Of a stretch of 64,000 nt of DNA, positions 49,035-59,555 are shown piece after piece. The stretch is from an uncultured Gemmatimonadaceae bacterium. GTDB lineage: Bacteria > Gemmatimonadota > Gemmatimonadetes > Gemmatimonadales > Gemmatimonadaceae. The DNA is taken from assembly GCA_963781585.1 (NCBI GenBank), contig CAWAGQ010000004.1, positions 160,001 to 224,000 on the forward strand, given 5' to 3'. Each line of letters starts with the position of its first letter. The first letter of the stretch is position 1. The notes beneath the pieces were generated by a model that did not search any database, was not told the DNA's origin, and saw nothing but the letters and a program-made list of their open reading frames with translations. The position numbers were made by a program, and so were the translations under genes.

Positions 49035-50417
49035 TCAACCGTCGCCCAGGGTGTCGCGCACCACCCGCTCGAAGGCCGCATCTTCCGATTCCGCTATCGA
49101 GCGCAGGTCGAGCAGGAAGCGGCCGTCGGCGATGCGACCGATGACAGGGATGCGCGCCGCACGCAGGCGCGCCTCCAGCAACGATGGATCTCCCGGTGGC
49201 GAGACCGCGCACGATGGCAATCGGGCCGTGGGGAAGGCGCCCCCGCCCACGCTTCCCTCGGAGCTGACGATCTCACACTCTACGCCGCGCTCTCGCAGGG
49301 TGGCGACCAGGCGCTCCGCCCGTTCGCGCACGCGATTTACGGGCGCCGTGATCATGGCCAGGGCCGGAATCTCGCGTACCGCGCGCTCGGGATCGCGGTA
49401 GAGCGCCAGCGTGGATTCCAGCGCCGCCAGCGTCAGCTTGTCGACGCGCAGCGCGCGCGCCAGCGGATTGCGGCGACACCGCTCGACGATCTCATGTGCC
49501 CCGACGATGATTCCGGCCTGTGGTCCGCCGAGGAGTTTGTCGCCGCTCATGCAGACCAGAGTGGCGCCATCGGACACTGCCTGATGGGCCGTGGGTTCAC
49601 CGGTGAGCCCGAATCGCTCGAGCGATACCAGCAATCCGCTTCCCAGATCGAACAGCAGCGGCACTCCGGCTTCGTCGGCGATCGGGCGCAGATCCCGCAA
49701 CGACGCTTCGGCGACGAAGCCGCGCACCTCGAAGTTGCTGCGGTGCACCTTCACGATCGCGCCGGTGTCCGCGCCGAGCGCGCGCCGGTAGTCGTCGGCG
49801 TGCGTGCGATTGGTCGTCCCGACTTCGCGCAGGATGGCCCCGCTTCGCGCCATGATGTCGGGCACGCGGAAGCTTCCACCGATCTCGATGAGCTCCCCGC
49901 GCGAGACGATCGCCTCACGGCCGTTCGCCACGGTGTTGAGCGCCAGCACCAGCGCCGCGGCGCCATTGTTGACGACCATGGCGTCTTCAGCGCCCGTCAG
50001 TTCGCACAACAGCGCGGCACAGTGCACGTAGCGGGAGCCTCGTTCCCCACGCGACAGATCGTACTCGAGGTTGTTGGCGCCGCCCGCGGTCCGGGCGATG
50101 GCCTCCAGCGCCGCGGGTGCCAACGGCGCCCGACCGAGGTTGGTGTGCAGCACCACTCCGGTCGCGTTGAACACCGGCCGCAACGACGGGCGCTGGCGAA
50201 GCGCCACTTCAGCGCTGATGGCGGCCACCCAGTCGCGCTCGCTCATCCCGGTGGTCGTGGTGGCAACGCGCGGATCTCCCGTGGTGCGAACGCGATCGAC
50301 CACGGCGCGCACCGCGTCGACGACGAGGGAGCGAGGCGCCTGCGCGAGAAGCGTCCGCACGCCCGACAGCTCGAGCAGGGCCGCCACCGCGGGTAGCGTG
50401 CTCCGCCGGTCACCCAC
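49035..50417 (-). CDS. selA: L-seryl-tRNA(Sec) selenium transferase
   Basis: NATGVVLHTNLGRA, NLEYDL..GERGSR, SRGELIEIGGSFR, EVGTTNRT, KVHRSNF, SGDKLLGGPQ (PLP Lys), RALRVDK. Confidence 0.95.
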   Translation of the reverse strand: MGDRRSTLPAVAALLELSGVRTLLAQAPRSLVVDAVRAVVDRVRTTGDPRVATTTTGMSERDWVAAISAEVALRQRPSLRPVFNATGVVLHTNLGRAPLAPAALEAIARTAGGANNLEYDLSRGERGSRYVHCAALLCELTGAEDAMVVNNGAAALVLALNTVANGREAIVSRGELIEIGGSFRVPDIMARSGAILREVGTTNRTHADDYRRALGADTGAIVKVHRSNFEVRGFVAEASLRDLRPIADEAGVPLLFDLGSGLLVSLERFGLTGEPTAHQAVSDGATLVCMSGDKLLGGPQAGIIVGAHEIVERCRRNPLARALRVDKLTLAALESTLALYRDPERAVREIPALAMITAPVNRVRERAERLVATLRERGVECEIVSSEGSVGGGAFPTARLPSCAVSPPGDPSLLEARLRAARIPVIGRIADGRFLLDLRSIAESEDAAFERVVRDTLGDG

Positions 50418-51678
50418 GCGGCCGCCCGGTGAGGAGCCGGCGCACCGAAGAGGTGTCCTTCGGTGGTGGGGGTCGCGGGGTGTTGAACACCCGATCGGTG
50501 GAGCGCAAGGCGCCGGTAATGCTGCGGAGGTCTGCCGCGTGCAGCCGGAGGCTGCTGCCTGGCGGAAGGGCACGCTGGAGCTGGATCACCAGCTCGGTAC
50601 TGGGGATCGGTGCGACCGGTCTGGGGGCAACGCGATGTGTTGTGTCGGCCGACGATACTTGCGGCGGCGCGGTGGCAACGCCGGGGCGTCGGCCGGTCGG
50701 ACGTGACGGCGGAGCGGCACCGGCGCGGGCGCTGTCGGCCGCACGGATCGAATCCCGCCGGGCGGCGGCCTGCACCGAATCCTGAACGTGCTTTGCGACG
50801 ATGGAGTCGGCGATGTGTCGCTCCACTTCGCGTGCGGTGAGGACGGTGTCGATGGCGAGCTGCGTGCTGTCGCTGGTCTTGAGGGTGAACAGCGAGGACG
50901 TGAGCGTGAATGCCGTGTCCAGTGCGCGATCGAGCGTCACGCGCAAGGTCAGGCTGTCCTTGACCGTCACGCTGGCGATACCGGGCCCCAGTGAGTCACG
51001 CAGGATGGCGAGCATTTCGCGTCGCACCGAGTCCTGCAGCGGGATCGTCACGGAATCGAACAGTTCGCGCGGGTCGAGAAGCCGATTATGATTCTGGTCG
51101 ACGATCGCGCGGACGAGGTAACTGCCAGCCGGCATGTTGTCGATCCGGAACGCGCCAAGGGAATCACTGGTCGCCGAGTATCGCGTGCTGTCGGGCAGGA
51201 CGAGCGCTTCCACATAGGCCTGCGGCGCCGGTCGCGCGGCGAGCCAATCGAATACGCGCCCTGCGATCACGCCGTGGGCGATCTCCGCGCCGGTGGAGAA
51301 GACGATTACACGGCCGACCGAATCGACGTTGTTGGAGAGGTCGCTGACACCCGGTCGCATGCGAACGGTGTAGGTCGTGTTCCGCCGGAATCCGCCGTCG
51401 ATGGTGACGACGACGCGCGACCGGTGCCAGGACACCCTCGGCGTCCCGTCGCTGGGCGAGACGAGAAAAAGGTCGGCGAGGGACGTCGCGCCACGGGGGC
51501 GTTCGCTGACGACTTCGTTGAAGTCGAAGCTCACGCCTCCGGTGCGGACGTCCCGCGAGTTGCTGTCGGGGCGCACCCGGACCACCTTCGGCGGCGTGAC
51601 ATCGGTCGGTCCACCGGGCGGGACGCCGGGTTGGTAGCAGGCGGCGGTCACGGCCGCGATCGGAATCAGCCACCGCAC
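50410..51678 (-). CDS. Ig-like (Big_5) domain lipoprotein
   Basis: Lipobox TAAC, PPGGPTDVTPP, F.FNE, NTTYTV....V.DL..N, FSTG, D.N.N..LD. Confidence 0.8.
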   Translation of the reverse strand: MRWLIPIAAVTAACYQPGVPPGGPTDVTPPKVVRVRPDSNSRDVRTGGVSFDFNEVVSERPRGATSLADLFLVSPSDGTPRVSWHRSRVVVTIDGGFRRNTTYTVRMRPGVSDLSNNVDSVGRVIVFSTGAEIAHGVIAGRVFDWLAARPAPQAYVEALVLPDSTRYSATSDSLGAFRIDNMPAGSYLVRAIVDQNHNRLLDPRELFDSVTIPLQDSVRREMLAILRDSLGPGIASVTVKDSLTLRVTLDRALDTAFTLTSSLFTLKTSDSTQLAIDTVLTAREVERHIADSIVAKHVQDSVQAAARRDSIRAADSARAGAAPPSRPTGRRPGVATAPPQVSSADTTHRVAPRPVAPIPSTELVIQLQRALPPGSSLRLHAADLRSITGALRSTDRVFNTPRPPPPKDTSSVRRLLTGRPRG

Positions 51679-54431
51679 AGCGTTGCGACCTTCGCGGCGA
51701 GCTGCTGCCGGCGGGTGCTCCACTCGGTCTCGCGGCGGCGCTCGGCGTCGACGACGTCGGGCTTCGCTCTCGACACGAAGGTCGGGTTCTCGAGGCGGGC
51801 GCGCAGCGCGGCCAGCCGCTGATCGAGCGCTTCCAACTCACTGCCGAGCCGCGAGCACTCCTTGTCGATGTCGATCGCACCCGCGAGCGGCAAGACCACT
51901 TCGGTGCCGTCGACGAGGACGGCGTGCGCGGCGGGCCCGGTGGGCGCATCTGCAGCCAGCGTTGCGGTGCACCGGGTGAGCCGGCCGATGAGGCCGGCCT
52001 CGGCGGCGACCGCGGCCTGTGCGTCCTCACCAGGAACGATGACGAGCGGAAGGGTGGTGGCAGGCGGGATCGCGTAGTCGCCGCGAAGCTGCCTGGTGGC
52101 GGTCACGATCTCCCGCACGAGATCGAAGGAGCTGGTCTCGCCCGGCACGTCCCGCGGTCGCGGCCACGGCGCAGAGGCGAGGAAGTCCTGTTCGGTGATT
52201 CCCGGAAGCCGTTGCCACAGGGTCTCGGTAACGAACGGGACGATTGGTTGCAGGAGGCGAAGCGCCTGGTCGAAGGCGTACACCAGCACCGCGCGCGCCA
52301 CGTCACCGTCGTCGGTGCTGGCGAGGCGGCCGCCCTTGACCGACTCGAGGTACCAGTCGGCGAGCTCGTTCCACACGAATGCGCGCGCCGCCTCGGTGTA
52401 TTCGTTGAGTCGCAGGCCGGCCGTCCGCTCCCGGGCGGTCCAGCCGCCGGCGGTGGGGCGCGCGGGCCCGAGGGCGGCGTCGCAGGCTGCCACCGCCGCG
52501 TTCACCCGACCGAGGATCCAGCGATCGGCGCTGGTGAGCCGTCCGGGCGCGATGGCGTCCAGGTCGGTGACCGGTGCGGTGCCGACATGGGTGAGCAGGT
52601 AGCGGCCGATGTTCCACAGCTTGGTAACGAAGTTCCGTCCCGGGGCGAACGACCGATCGAGGTCGCCGGGGTCGAGAATCGTATCGGCGCCGAGTCCCAT
52701 GCCGGCGATGACGGTGTAGCGCAGGGCGTCGGCGCCGTAGAGCGACACCACGTCCAGCGGGTCGATCCCGTTGCCTAACGATTTGGACATCTTCACGTGC
52801 GACGTGTCGCGCACCGTGCCGTGCAGGTACACGGTATGAAATGGCGCCTCGCCCAGGAAGGCGAAGCCGTTCATGATCATCCGCGCGACCCAGAAGAACA
52901 GGATTTCGGGCGCGGTGATGAGGGCGTCGGTGGGATAGAAGGCGCGCAGGTCGGGCGTCTCATCGGGCCAGCCGAGGGTGGAGAATGGCCACAACCCGGA
53001 GGAGAACCAGGTGTCGAGCACATCCTCGTCCTGGCGCACCGGGCCGGAACACGCCGGACACCGGGTGAGATCATCGCGACTGGCGGTGACCTTGCCGCAC
53101 CCGTCGCAATACCAGACCGGGATGCGGTGTCCCCACCAGAGCTGCCGCGAGATGTTCCAGTCGCGGATGTTCTCCAGCCAGTTCACGTATACGGCCTCCC
53201 AGCGCTCGGGCAGGATTCGCACTCCGCCGTCGCGCACCGCCTGCAGCGCGGGCTCGGCGAGCGGTCGCATGCGCACGAACCACTGCTCCGAGAGACGCGG
53301 CTCCACCACCGTGTCGCACCGGTAGCAGCGCCGCAGCGCCACCCGGTACCGCTCCTGCTTCACCAGCAGCCCCTCAGCGTCGAGCATCCGCACGATCTGC
53401 TTGCGGGCCTCGAAACGATCGAGGCCGCGAAGCTCGTCGGGCACGCGTCCACCGGCATCCATCACCTCGCGCATCGCGCCGTGCTCGTCGATCACCACCG
53501 GCATCGCCAGCTGATGCCGCTGCGCCACCTCGAAATCGTTGGCGTCATGCGCCGGCGTGATCTTCACCACGCCGGTCCCGAAGGCCGGATCGGTGAATTC
53601 GTCGGCGATCACCGGGATCTCGATCCTGGCGATGGGCAACGTGACGGTGCGTCCCACCAGATCGGCATAGCGTTCGTCGGCCGGATGCACGGCCACCGCC
53701 ACGTCGCCCAGCATGGTTTCGGGCCGGGTGGTGGCCACCACCAGGCGCGGCTCGGTCGACCCTCGTGGCGCCGCCGTGAGTGGGTAGGCGATGTGATACA
53801 GGGTGCCGTCCGTCTCGTGGTGCTCGGCCTCTTCGTCGGACAGCGACGTAAGGCACCGTGGGCACCAGTGAATGACCCGGTGCCCCCGATAGATGAGGCC
53901 CCGTTCGTACAGGCGCACAAACGCCTCGCGAACGGCGCGCGAGAGCTGTGGTGACAGTGTGTACGCGGTGCGCGTCCAGTCGGCCGACGATCCGATCGCA
54001 CGCAACTGCTCGAGGATCGTGCCGCCAGTCTCGGCCACGAACCCCTCCGTCCGCTTCACGAAGGCCGCCCGGCCGATGTCGTGGCGCGACACTCCCTCCT
54101 GCACCAGCAGCTTCTCCACCACATTCTGCGTGGCGATGCCCGCGTGGTCGGTTCCGGGAACCCACAGGGTCTCGTCGCCGCACATGCGGCGCCACCGGAT
54201 GATGACGTCCTGGACCGTGTTGTTCAGCCCGTGCCCCATGTGCAGGACCGCGGTGACGTTCGGCGGAGGCATCACGATCACGAACGCGTCCCGGTCGCCG
54301 CCGGAGCGGCGCGACCGGGAGGCGTTCGCCGTGAAGAGGCCGGCCGCCATCCAGCGCGCGTAGAGCGGACGCTCGACGGCGGCCGCATCGTACTGCGGGG
54401 GAAGGTCGGTCAGGAGAGGCGTCGCGGACAC
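51666..54431 (-). CDS. valS: Valine--tRNA ligase
   Basis: PPPNVT..LHMGH, GTDHAGIATQ, ATTRPET, ITPAHD, WNISRQLWWGH, DTWFSS, KMSKS, C-terminal coiled coil. Start approximate. Confidence 0.97.
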   Translation of the reverse strand: MSATPLLTDLPPQYDAAAVERPLYARWMAAGLFTANASRSRRSGGDRDAFVIVMPPPNVTAVLHMGHGLNNTVQDVIIRWRRMCGDETLWVPGTDHAGIATQNVVEKLLVQEGVSRHDIGRAAFVKRTEGFVAETGGTILEQLRAIGSSADWTRTAYTLSPQLSRAVREAFVRLYERGLIYRGHRVIHWCPRCLTSLSDEEAEHHETDGTLYHIAYPLTAAPRGSTEPRLVVATTRPETMLGDVAVAVHPADERYADLVGRTVTLPIARIEIPVIADEFTDPAFGTGVVKITPAHDANDFEVAQRHQLAMPVVIDEHGAMREVMDAGGRVPDELRGLDRFEARKQIVRMLDAEGLLVKQERYRVALRRCYRCDTVVEPRLSEQWFVRMRPLAEPALQAVRDGGVRILPERWEAVYVNWLENIRDWNISRQLWWGHRIPVWYCDGCGKVTASRDDLTRCPACSGPVRQDEDVLDTWFSSGLWPFSTLGWPDETPDLRAFYPTDALITAPEILFFWVARMIMNGFAFLGEAPFHTVYLHGTVRDTSHVKMSKSLGNGIDPLDVVSLYGADALRYTVIAGMGLGADTILDPGDLDRSFAPGRNFVTKLWNIGRYLLTHVGTAPVTDLDAIAPGRLTSADRWILGRVNAAVAACDAALGPARPTAGGWTARERTAGLRLNEYTEAARAFVWNELADWYLESVKGGRLASTDDGDVARAVLVYAFDQALRLLQPIVPFVTETLWQRLPGITEQDFLASAPWPRPRDVPGETSSFDLVREIVTATRQLRGDYAIPPATTLPLVIVPGEDAQAAVAAEAGLIGRLTRCTATLAADAPTGPAAHAVLVDGTEVVLPLAGAIDIDKECSRLGSELEALDQRLAALRARLENPTFVSRAKPDVVDAERRRETEWSTRRQQLAAKVATLCGG

Positions 54432-54608
54432 AGGGGAGAAAGATAGAGGCTGGCCGCCACTGGCACGGCACCCGACACCAGCGGTGCCGGGTGCCCGTCT
54501 ATGGTCTTCACCGGCAGCCGCCGGGAGGACAGAAACGACCGCGCTGGACTGCGCCGCAACGATCACGTCCGCCCGGGCAGCGGGTGATCGGGAAGACGCG
54601 CCGGGGCA

Positions 54609-55277
54609 TTACGGCGCAGCGGGGGGCGGCGAACCCTCCTCGTTTTCATCATCTCGCGGCACGCTCGCCGTATCGACGCTGCCGGATCCGCGCACCGTCA
54701 CACGGTTCAGAACCATCGTAACGCCGGGGGTGTGCCGCGCGACCGACGCGGCGTGGTCCGCTTCTTCGATGGCGTGGACGGACCCGGTCAGCTCCACGAC
54801 ACCGCGGCCCACGGCACCGATGGATACGCCGCGCTCGCGAAGTACGGGATCGTGCTCGAAGGCGGAGAGGACGGCCCGTTCGAGCGCGCGCTCCTCACGC
54901 CGATCGACCGGCGCCGGAGCGGCCGGCACCTGGTCTGCCGAGTCGGTGAGCTCCTGCACATCGTCATCGCTGACCAGCGCGGGCATGGCGTCCGCTCCCG
55001 CGTGCCGCGATGCCGTGTCGTCTTCCTCGTCCAGCAGGTCGTCGCTCTCGTCGGCATCCAGCACATCCGCTTCCTCCTCGTCGAGCTCGTCCGCCGTGGC
55101 GTCCCAGTACTCGCGCAGCCTGGCCAGTCCGCCGCGCAGGGCATCAACCACTTCGGCGCGCGTGCGGTACCGCCGCGCGAGGTACGCACCGGCAGCCCCG
55201 CCGCTGATCGCTCCCGCGACGAAGAAGAACAGCGCGCGACCTTCCGCCTCCTCTCGCTCATATGTGGTTCGGCGCAT
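54609..55277 (-). CDS. BON-domain protein with N-terminal membrane anchor and acidic linker
   Basis: Hydrophobic segment FFFVAGAISGGAAGAYL; BON-like GVVELTGSV...A..VAR..PGVTMVLNRVTV. Confidence 0.85.
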   Translation of the reverse strand: MRRTTYEREEAEGRALFFFVAGAISGGAAGAYLARRYRTRAEVVDALRGGLARLREYWDATADELDEEEADVLDADESDDLLDEEDDTASRHAGADAMPALVSDDDVQELTDSADQVPAAPAPVDRREERALERAVLSAFEHDPVLRERGVSIGAVGRGVVELTGSVHAIEEADHAASVARHTPGVTMVLNRVTVRGSGSVDTASVPRDDENEEGSPPPAAP

Positions 55278-55324
55278 CGGTGGTCCTGTGGCGTGAGGTA
55301 TAGTCCTAGGATAATTTGGCCTTC

Positions 55325-55477
55325 GTGAATTTGCGAACCGACGAGGAAATCGGCCGACCGGCGCGCGCCGGGACGTATCTCGTGTGGGCCGTCGTGGCCC
55401 TCGCGATCGTGGCGGGCGTGGCGCTGGCATTCGAGCTGGGACCCCGGATGACTCCGCTGCTCGACACGCTTCGCTGA
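55325..55477 (+). CDS. Small 50-aa single-TM protein (absent from the ORF track)
   Basis: GTG start, MNLRTDEEIGRPARAGTYLVWAVVALAIVAGVALAFELGPRMTPLLDTLR*; stop 3 nt before the thrS ATG. Confidence 0.65.
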   Translation: MNLRTDEEIGRPARAGTYLVWAVVALAIVAGVALAFELGPRMTPLLDTLR

Positions 55478-55480
55478 TCG

Positions 55481-57445
55481 ATGACCGGGGCCACGTCGGG
55501 CGGCAACGGGGACGACCTGCTGCGCCTGGAGCTTCCGGACGGTTCGGTCCGCCAGGTGAAGCCAGGGACGCCGGCCCGCGACGTGGTAGCCTCGATCGGA
55601 CCGCGCCTGCTGCGGGACGCGATCGCGGTGAAGCTGGGCGACGAGATCCAGGATCTCGTGACGCCGCTGCGGCGCAGCGGTCCGTTCCGGGTTCTCACGC
55701 AAAAGGACGGGGAGTCGTTGACCGTCCTCCGGCACTCGGGCGCGCACGTGCTCGCCACCGCCGTGCGGCGGTTGCGTCCCGACGCCCGGATCGGCTTCGG
55801 CCCCGCCATCGCCGACGGGTTCTACTACGACTTCGAGGTGGAGTCGCCGTTCACGCCGGAGGATCTTCAGGCGTTCGAGGCCGAGATGGCGAAGGTGGCC
55901 GGCCAGAAACTTCCCTTCGTGCGCGAAGAAGTCAGCCGTGCGGAGGCGTTGCGGCGCTTCGCCGATGACCCGCTCAAGCTCGAGCGCATCGCCGATCTGG
56001 GTGCGGACGAAGTGATCAGCGTGTACACCGACGGTTCGTTCGTCGATCTCTGCCGCGGCCCGCACGTTCCGGACACCTCGTACCTGAAGCACTTCAAGCT
56101 CCTGCACACGGCGGCCGCCTACTGGCGGGGTGACGAACGACGGCAGCAACTGCAGCGGATCTACGCCACGGCGTGGTGGTCGAAGGATGAACTGGAGCAG
56201 TACCTCCATCGGATCGAGGAGGCGAAGCGTCGCGATCACCGCGTGCTGGGCAAGGCACTCGATCTCTTCCAGTTTCACGCCGTGTCGCCGGGCGCGCCGT
56301 TCTGGACGGAGCGGGGAACGACGATCTACAACCTGCTGGTGGACTATTTGCGGGAGTTGCAGCGCGACGCGTTTCAGGAGGTGAAGACGCCGCTCCTGTA
56401 CCACAAGGCGCTCTGGGAGCAGTCGGGTCACTGGGGCAAGTACCAGGAGAACATGTTCCTGGTGCTCAACACGGAGTCCGGCGAGCACGATACGGGCGTG
56501 AAGCCCATGAACTGTCCATCGCACTATCTGCTGTATCTGGCCAGGAAGCACTCGTACCGCGAACTGCCGCTGCGGCTGGTCACGTTCGACGTGTTGCATC
56601 GCAACGAGGTGACGGGGGCGCTGTCGGGGCTGACGCGGGTACGGCAGTTCCAGCAGGATGACTGCCACGTATTTCTGATGGAATCGCAGATCGCCACCGA
56701 AGTGCGGTTTCTGCTCGAGTTCATTCTTGGCTACTATCGGACGTTCGGCCTGCAGGCGAGTCTGCGGTTCGCGACCCGTCCCGAGACGCGGATTGGCGAC
56801 GACGCCCTCTGGGATCGGGCCGAGGCGGGGCTCAAGGCCGCGCTGGACGCGACCGGAATGGCGTATGCGTTCAAGGCCGGGGACGGTGCGTTCTATGGCC
56901 CCAAGATCGATTTCGACGCGACCGACTCGTTAGGTCGCGCGTGGCAACTGGGCACCATCCAGCTCGACTACAACGCGCCCGAGCGGTTCGACCTCCAGTT
57001 CGTGGGCGAGGACAACACGCTCCACCGGCCGGTGGTGATCCATCGGGCGGTGAGCGGCTCGATGGAGCGGTTCATCGCGATCCTGATCGAGCATTTTGCC
57101 GGTGCCTTTCCGGTCTGGCTGGCGCCCGAGCAGGTGCGGGTGATGCCCATTACCGACGACCTGGCGGGTCACGCCCGCGCGGTCACCGCCCGGCTGCGGG
57201 CGGCGGGGGTACGCGCGCACTGCGACGACCGGAACGACACGTTGAACTACCGCATTCGAGAAGGGGAAATGATGAAGGTCCCCTACATGGCGGTGGTCGG
57301 CAAGCGCGAAGCCGAGAGCGGCACCATCGCGGTGCGCGTGCGCGGCGCAGGGAGGAAGCAGGAGATCGTGACCGTGGAGGCTTTTCTGGCGCGTCTCGCC
57401 GACGAGATCCGGACGCGCGCGCTGGCTCCGGCGCCGGCATCCTGA
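55481..57445 (+). CDS. thrS: Threonine--tRNA ligase
   Basis: TGS domain, RHSGAH, DLCRGPH, RDHR, KPMNCP.H, RVRQFQQDD.H, FYGPKID, IHRA..GS.ERF. Confidence 0.98.
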   Translation: MTGATSGGNGDDLLRLELPDGSVRQVKPGTPARDVVASIGPRLLRDAIAVKLGDEIQDLVTPLRRSGPFRVLTQKDGESLTVLRHSGAHVLATAVRRLRPDARIGFGPAIADGFYYDFEVESPFTPEDLQAFEAEMAKVAGQKLPFVREEVSRAEALRRFADDPLKLERIADLGADEVISVYTDGSFVDLCRGPHVPDTSYLKHFKLLHTAAAYWRGDERRQQLQRIYATAWWSKDELEQYLHRIEEAKRRDHRVLGKALDLFQFHAVSPGAPFWTERGTTIYNLLVDYLRELQRDAFQEVKTPLLYHKALWEQSGHWGKYQENMFLVLNTESGEHDTGVKPMNCPSHYLLYLARKHSYRELPLRLVTFDVLHRNEVTGALSGLTRVRQFQQDDCHVFLMESQIATEVRFLLEFILGYYRTFGLQASLRFATRPETRIGDDALWDRAEAGLKAALDATGMAYAFKAGDGAFYGPKIDFDATDSLGRAWQLGTIQLDYNAPERFDLQFVGEDNTLHRPVVIHRAVSGSMERFIAILIEHFAGAFPVWLAPEQVRVMPITDDLAGHARAVTARLRAAGVRAHCDDRNDTLNYRIREGEMMKVPYMAVVGKREAESGTIAVRVRGAGRKQEIVTVEAFLARLADEIRTRALAPAPAS

Positions 57446-57608
57446 TTTCTGCGCCATGGTCGCGGCCACGTCAGGCAGAGCTGGTGAATCCCGTCCTGCT
57501 GGTGGAAGGTCGAGGCGATCGCGGTCTTCCCGCCTCGCCAGGCCACGGTACACCTTTGACGCCCGCGCGCTGTCCAAGGGCCGTGACCCGTTCCCGATCC
57601 CATCACAC

Positions 57609-59555
57609 ATGACCGCCTTGCACCGGCGCCGCCCGCTCGCCCTGGCCGGCGCGCTCATCCTGGTGGGCGGCTGCATCCAGCCGCTGCGCCTGGCCAGGGA
57701 CGATTCGCCCGTTGTTCTGGCGCACCAGCTGCTGAACGCGCCGGATCCCAGCGCGCACGGCCAATACCGCGTTCGCACCCTGTACTACGGCAGCGGCACG
57801 GACAAACGTCGCCCCGAATACCGCGACTCGGTGACGCTGAAAACACACAGCGTGGACGGGAGCAAGCTCGCGGAAGCGCCGAGTCCGGCCGCCGGCAAGG
57901 ACCGCGCGAAGTACTGGGGGTTCGACTTCAAGAAAATGCCGGTGAACGGGAGAGTCTGGTATCCGGATGGGAACGGGCCGTTCCCGCTGGTGCTGATCGT
58001 GCACGGCAACCACAACATGAAGGACTACTCCGACCCGGGTTACGGGTACCTGGGCGAGCTGCTGGCGTCGCGCGGTTTCATCCTGGCGTCGGTGGACGAG
58101 AATTTTCTCAACGGCAATATCCGCGGAGAGAACGACGCACGCGGGTGGATGCTGCTCCAGCACCTCAAGGCATGGCGGGGGTTCAACGATTCCGCGACGT
58201 CTCCGCTCGCGGGGAAGATCGACATGCACCGGATCGCGCTCATGGGCCATTCGCGGGGCGGGGAAGCGATCGCCGTGGCCGGCGCGTTCAACCGGCTGAC
58301 GCACTACCCCGATGACGCGACGATCAAGTTCGATTTCGGATTCGACATCCAGTCGCTGGTGGCGATCGCGCCGGTCGACGGACAGTACCGGCCTTCCGAC
58401 AAGCCGACCCCGCTTGCCGACTACAACTACTTCCTGATCCACGGCTCGCACGACGGCGATGTGTCCACCTTCAGCGGCCTGACCCAGTACGAGCGCATCC
58501 GGTTCACCGACGGGCAGCCGCGCTTCAAGGCGGCGATCTGGGTGTACCGCGCCAACCACGGGCAGTGGAACACCGTGTGGGGAAACAAGGACAACGGACC
58601 ACGCAGCGGCCGGGTGCTCGATCTCCGCGGACTCCTGCCGCCGGAGGATCAGCGTCGCTTTGCCGAGGTGTACATCACGGCCTTTCTCGAGGCGACCCTG
58701 AACGGACGCCACGAGTACCTGCCCATGTTCCGCGACCACCGGGTGGTGGGGCATTGGCTGCCGAAGACGATGTACGTGACCCGGTTTCAGGAGAGCGGGT
58801 TTCACGCCGCGGCCGACTACGAAGAAGACATCGACGTCACCACCGGAAGCGCCCCCGGCATCGTACTGTCCGGGGACTCGCTTTCGACCTGGAAGGAGGC
58901 GGCGGTGCCGTTCCGGTCGCGGAACAGCAACATGGCGCACGACGCGGTGTGGCTCGGCTGGAACAACCACATTGCCGGCGATGACACCACCAGGATGGGG
59001 CGCCCCGCCTCATACGCGCTCACGTTAGGCGATTCGATCCGGAGTGCGTGGCAGGTCGGGACGCGCAGTGAGCTCGTGTTCTCGCTCCGGCCTACCGATG
59101 CCCGACCGGGTCCCCGGTCACCGGCTCGCGACTCGACGAAGAAGGACTCCGTCAAGGCCAAACCGGCCCCGAAGCGCGCTGCACCGCGCAAGCCAGCCGC
59201 CGCCGATTCCACGCCGTTCGATCTCAGCGTGGAAGTGGCCGACGCCGCCGGGCACGCGGCCCGCCTCCCGCTGAGCCGGTACGGCGCCGTGCGCCGTCCC
59301 CTCGACGCGTACGTGTACCTGCGAAGCGGTCGGGACAAGCAGCGATTCGCCAGTCTCGCCGAAATGGTCCTCCAGACCTACGTCATTCCACTGGCCGATT
59401 TCCACGAGGCCGATTCCGCACTCGACCTGAGCTCGGTGAAGACGGTCCGGTTCGTCTTCGATCGCACGCCGGTTGGAACCGTGGTCCTCGACAACGTGGG
59501 CTTCTCGAACATGAGTCCGGATTTCCTGCTCGCCGCAGACGGACGGCCCCAATGA
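57609..59555 (+). CDS. Secreted/lipoprotein alpha/beta hydrolase
   Basis: Lipobox-like VGGC, PFPLVLIVHGNH, GY.YLGELLASRG, nucleophile GHSRGG, HGSHDGDV, ANHGQWN. Confidence 0.85.
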   Translation: MTALHRRRPLALAGALILVGGCIQPLRLARDDSPVVLAHQLLNAPDPSAHGQYRVRTLYYGSGTDKRRPEYRDSVTLKTHSVDGSKLAEAPSPAAGKDRAKYWGFDFKKMPVNGRVWYPDGNGPFPLVLIVHGNHNMKDYSDPGYGYLGELLASRGFILASVDENFLNGNIRGENDARGWMLLQHLKAWRGFNDSATSPLAGKIDMHRIALMGHSRGGEAIAVAGAFNRLTHYPDDATIKFDFGFDIQSLVAIAPVDGQYRPSDKPTPLADYNYFLIHGSHDGDVSTFSGLTQYERIRFTDGQPRFKAAIWVYRANHGQWNTVWGNKDNGPRSGRVLDLRGLLPPEDQRRFAEVYITAFLEATLNGRHEYLPMFRDHRVVGHWLPKTMYVTRFQESGFHAAADYEEDIDVTTGSAPGIVLSGDSLSTWKEAAVPFRSRNSNMAHDAVWLGWNNHIAGDDTTRMGRPASYALTLGDSIRSAWQVGTRSELVFSLRPTDARPGPRSPARDSTKKDSVKAKPAPKRAAPRKPAAADSTPFDLSVEVADAAGHAARLPLSRYGAVRRPLDAYVYLRSGRDKQRFASLAEMVLQTYVIPLADFHEADSALDLSSVKTVRFVFDRTPVGTVVLDNVGFSNMSPDFLLAADGRPQ

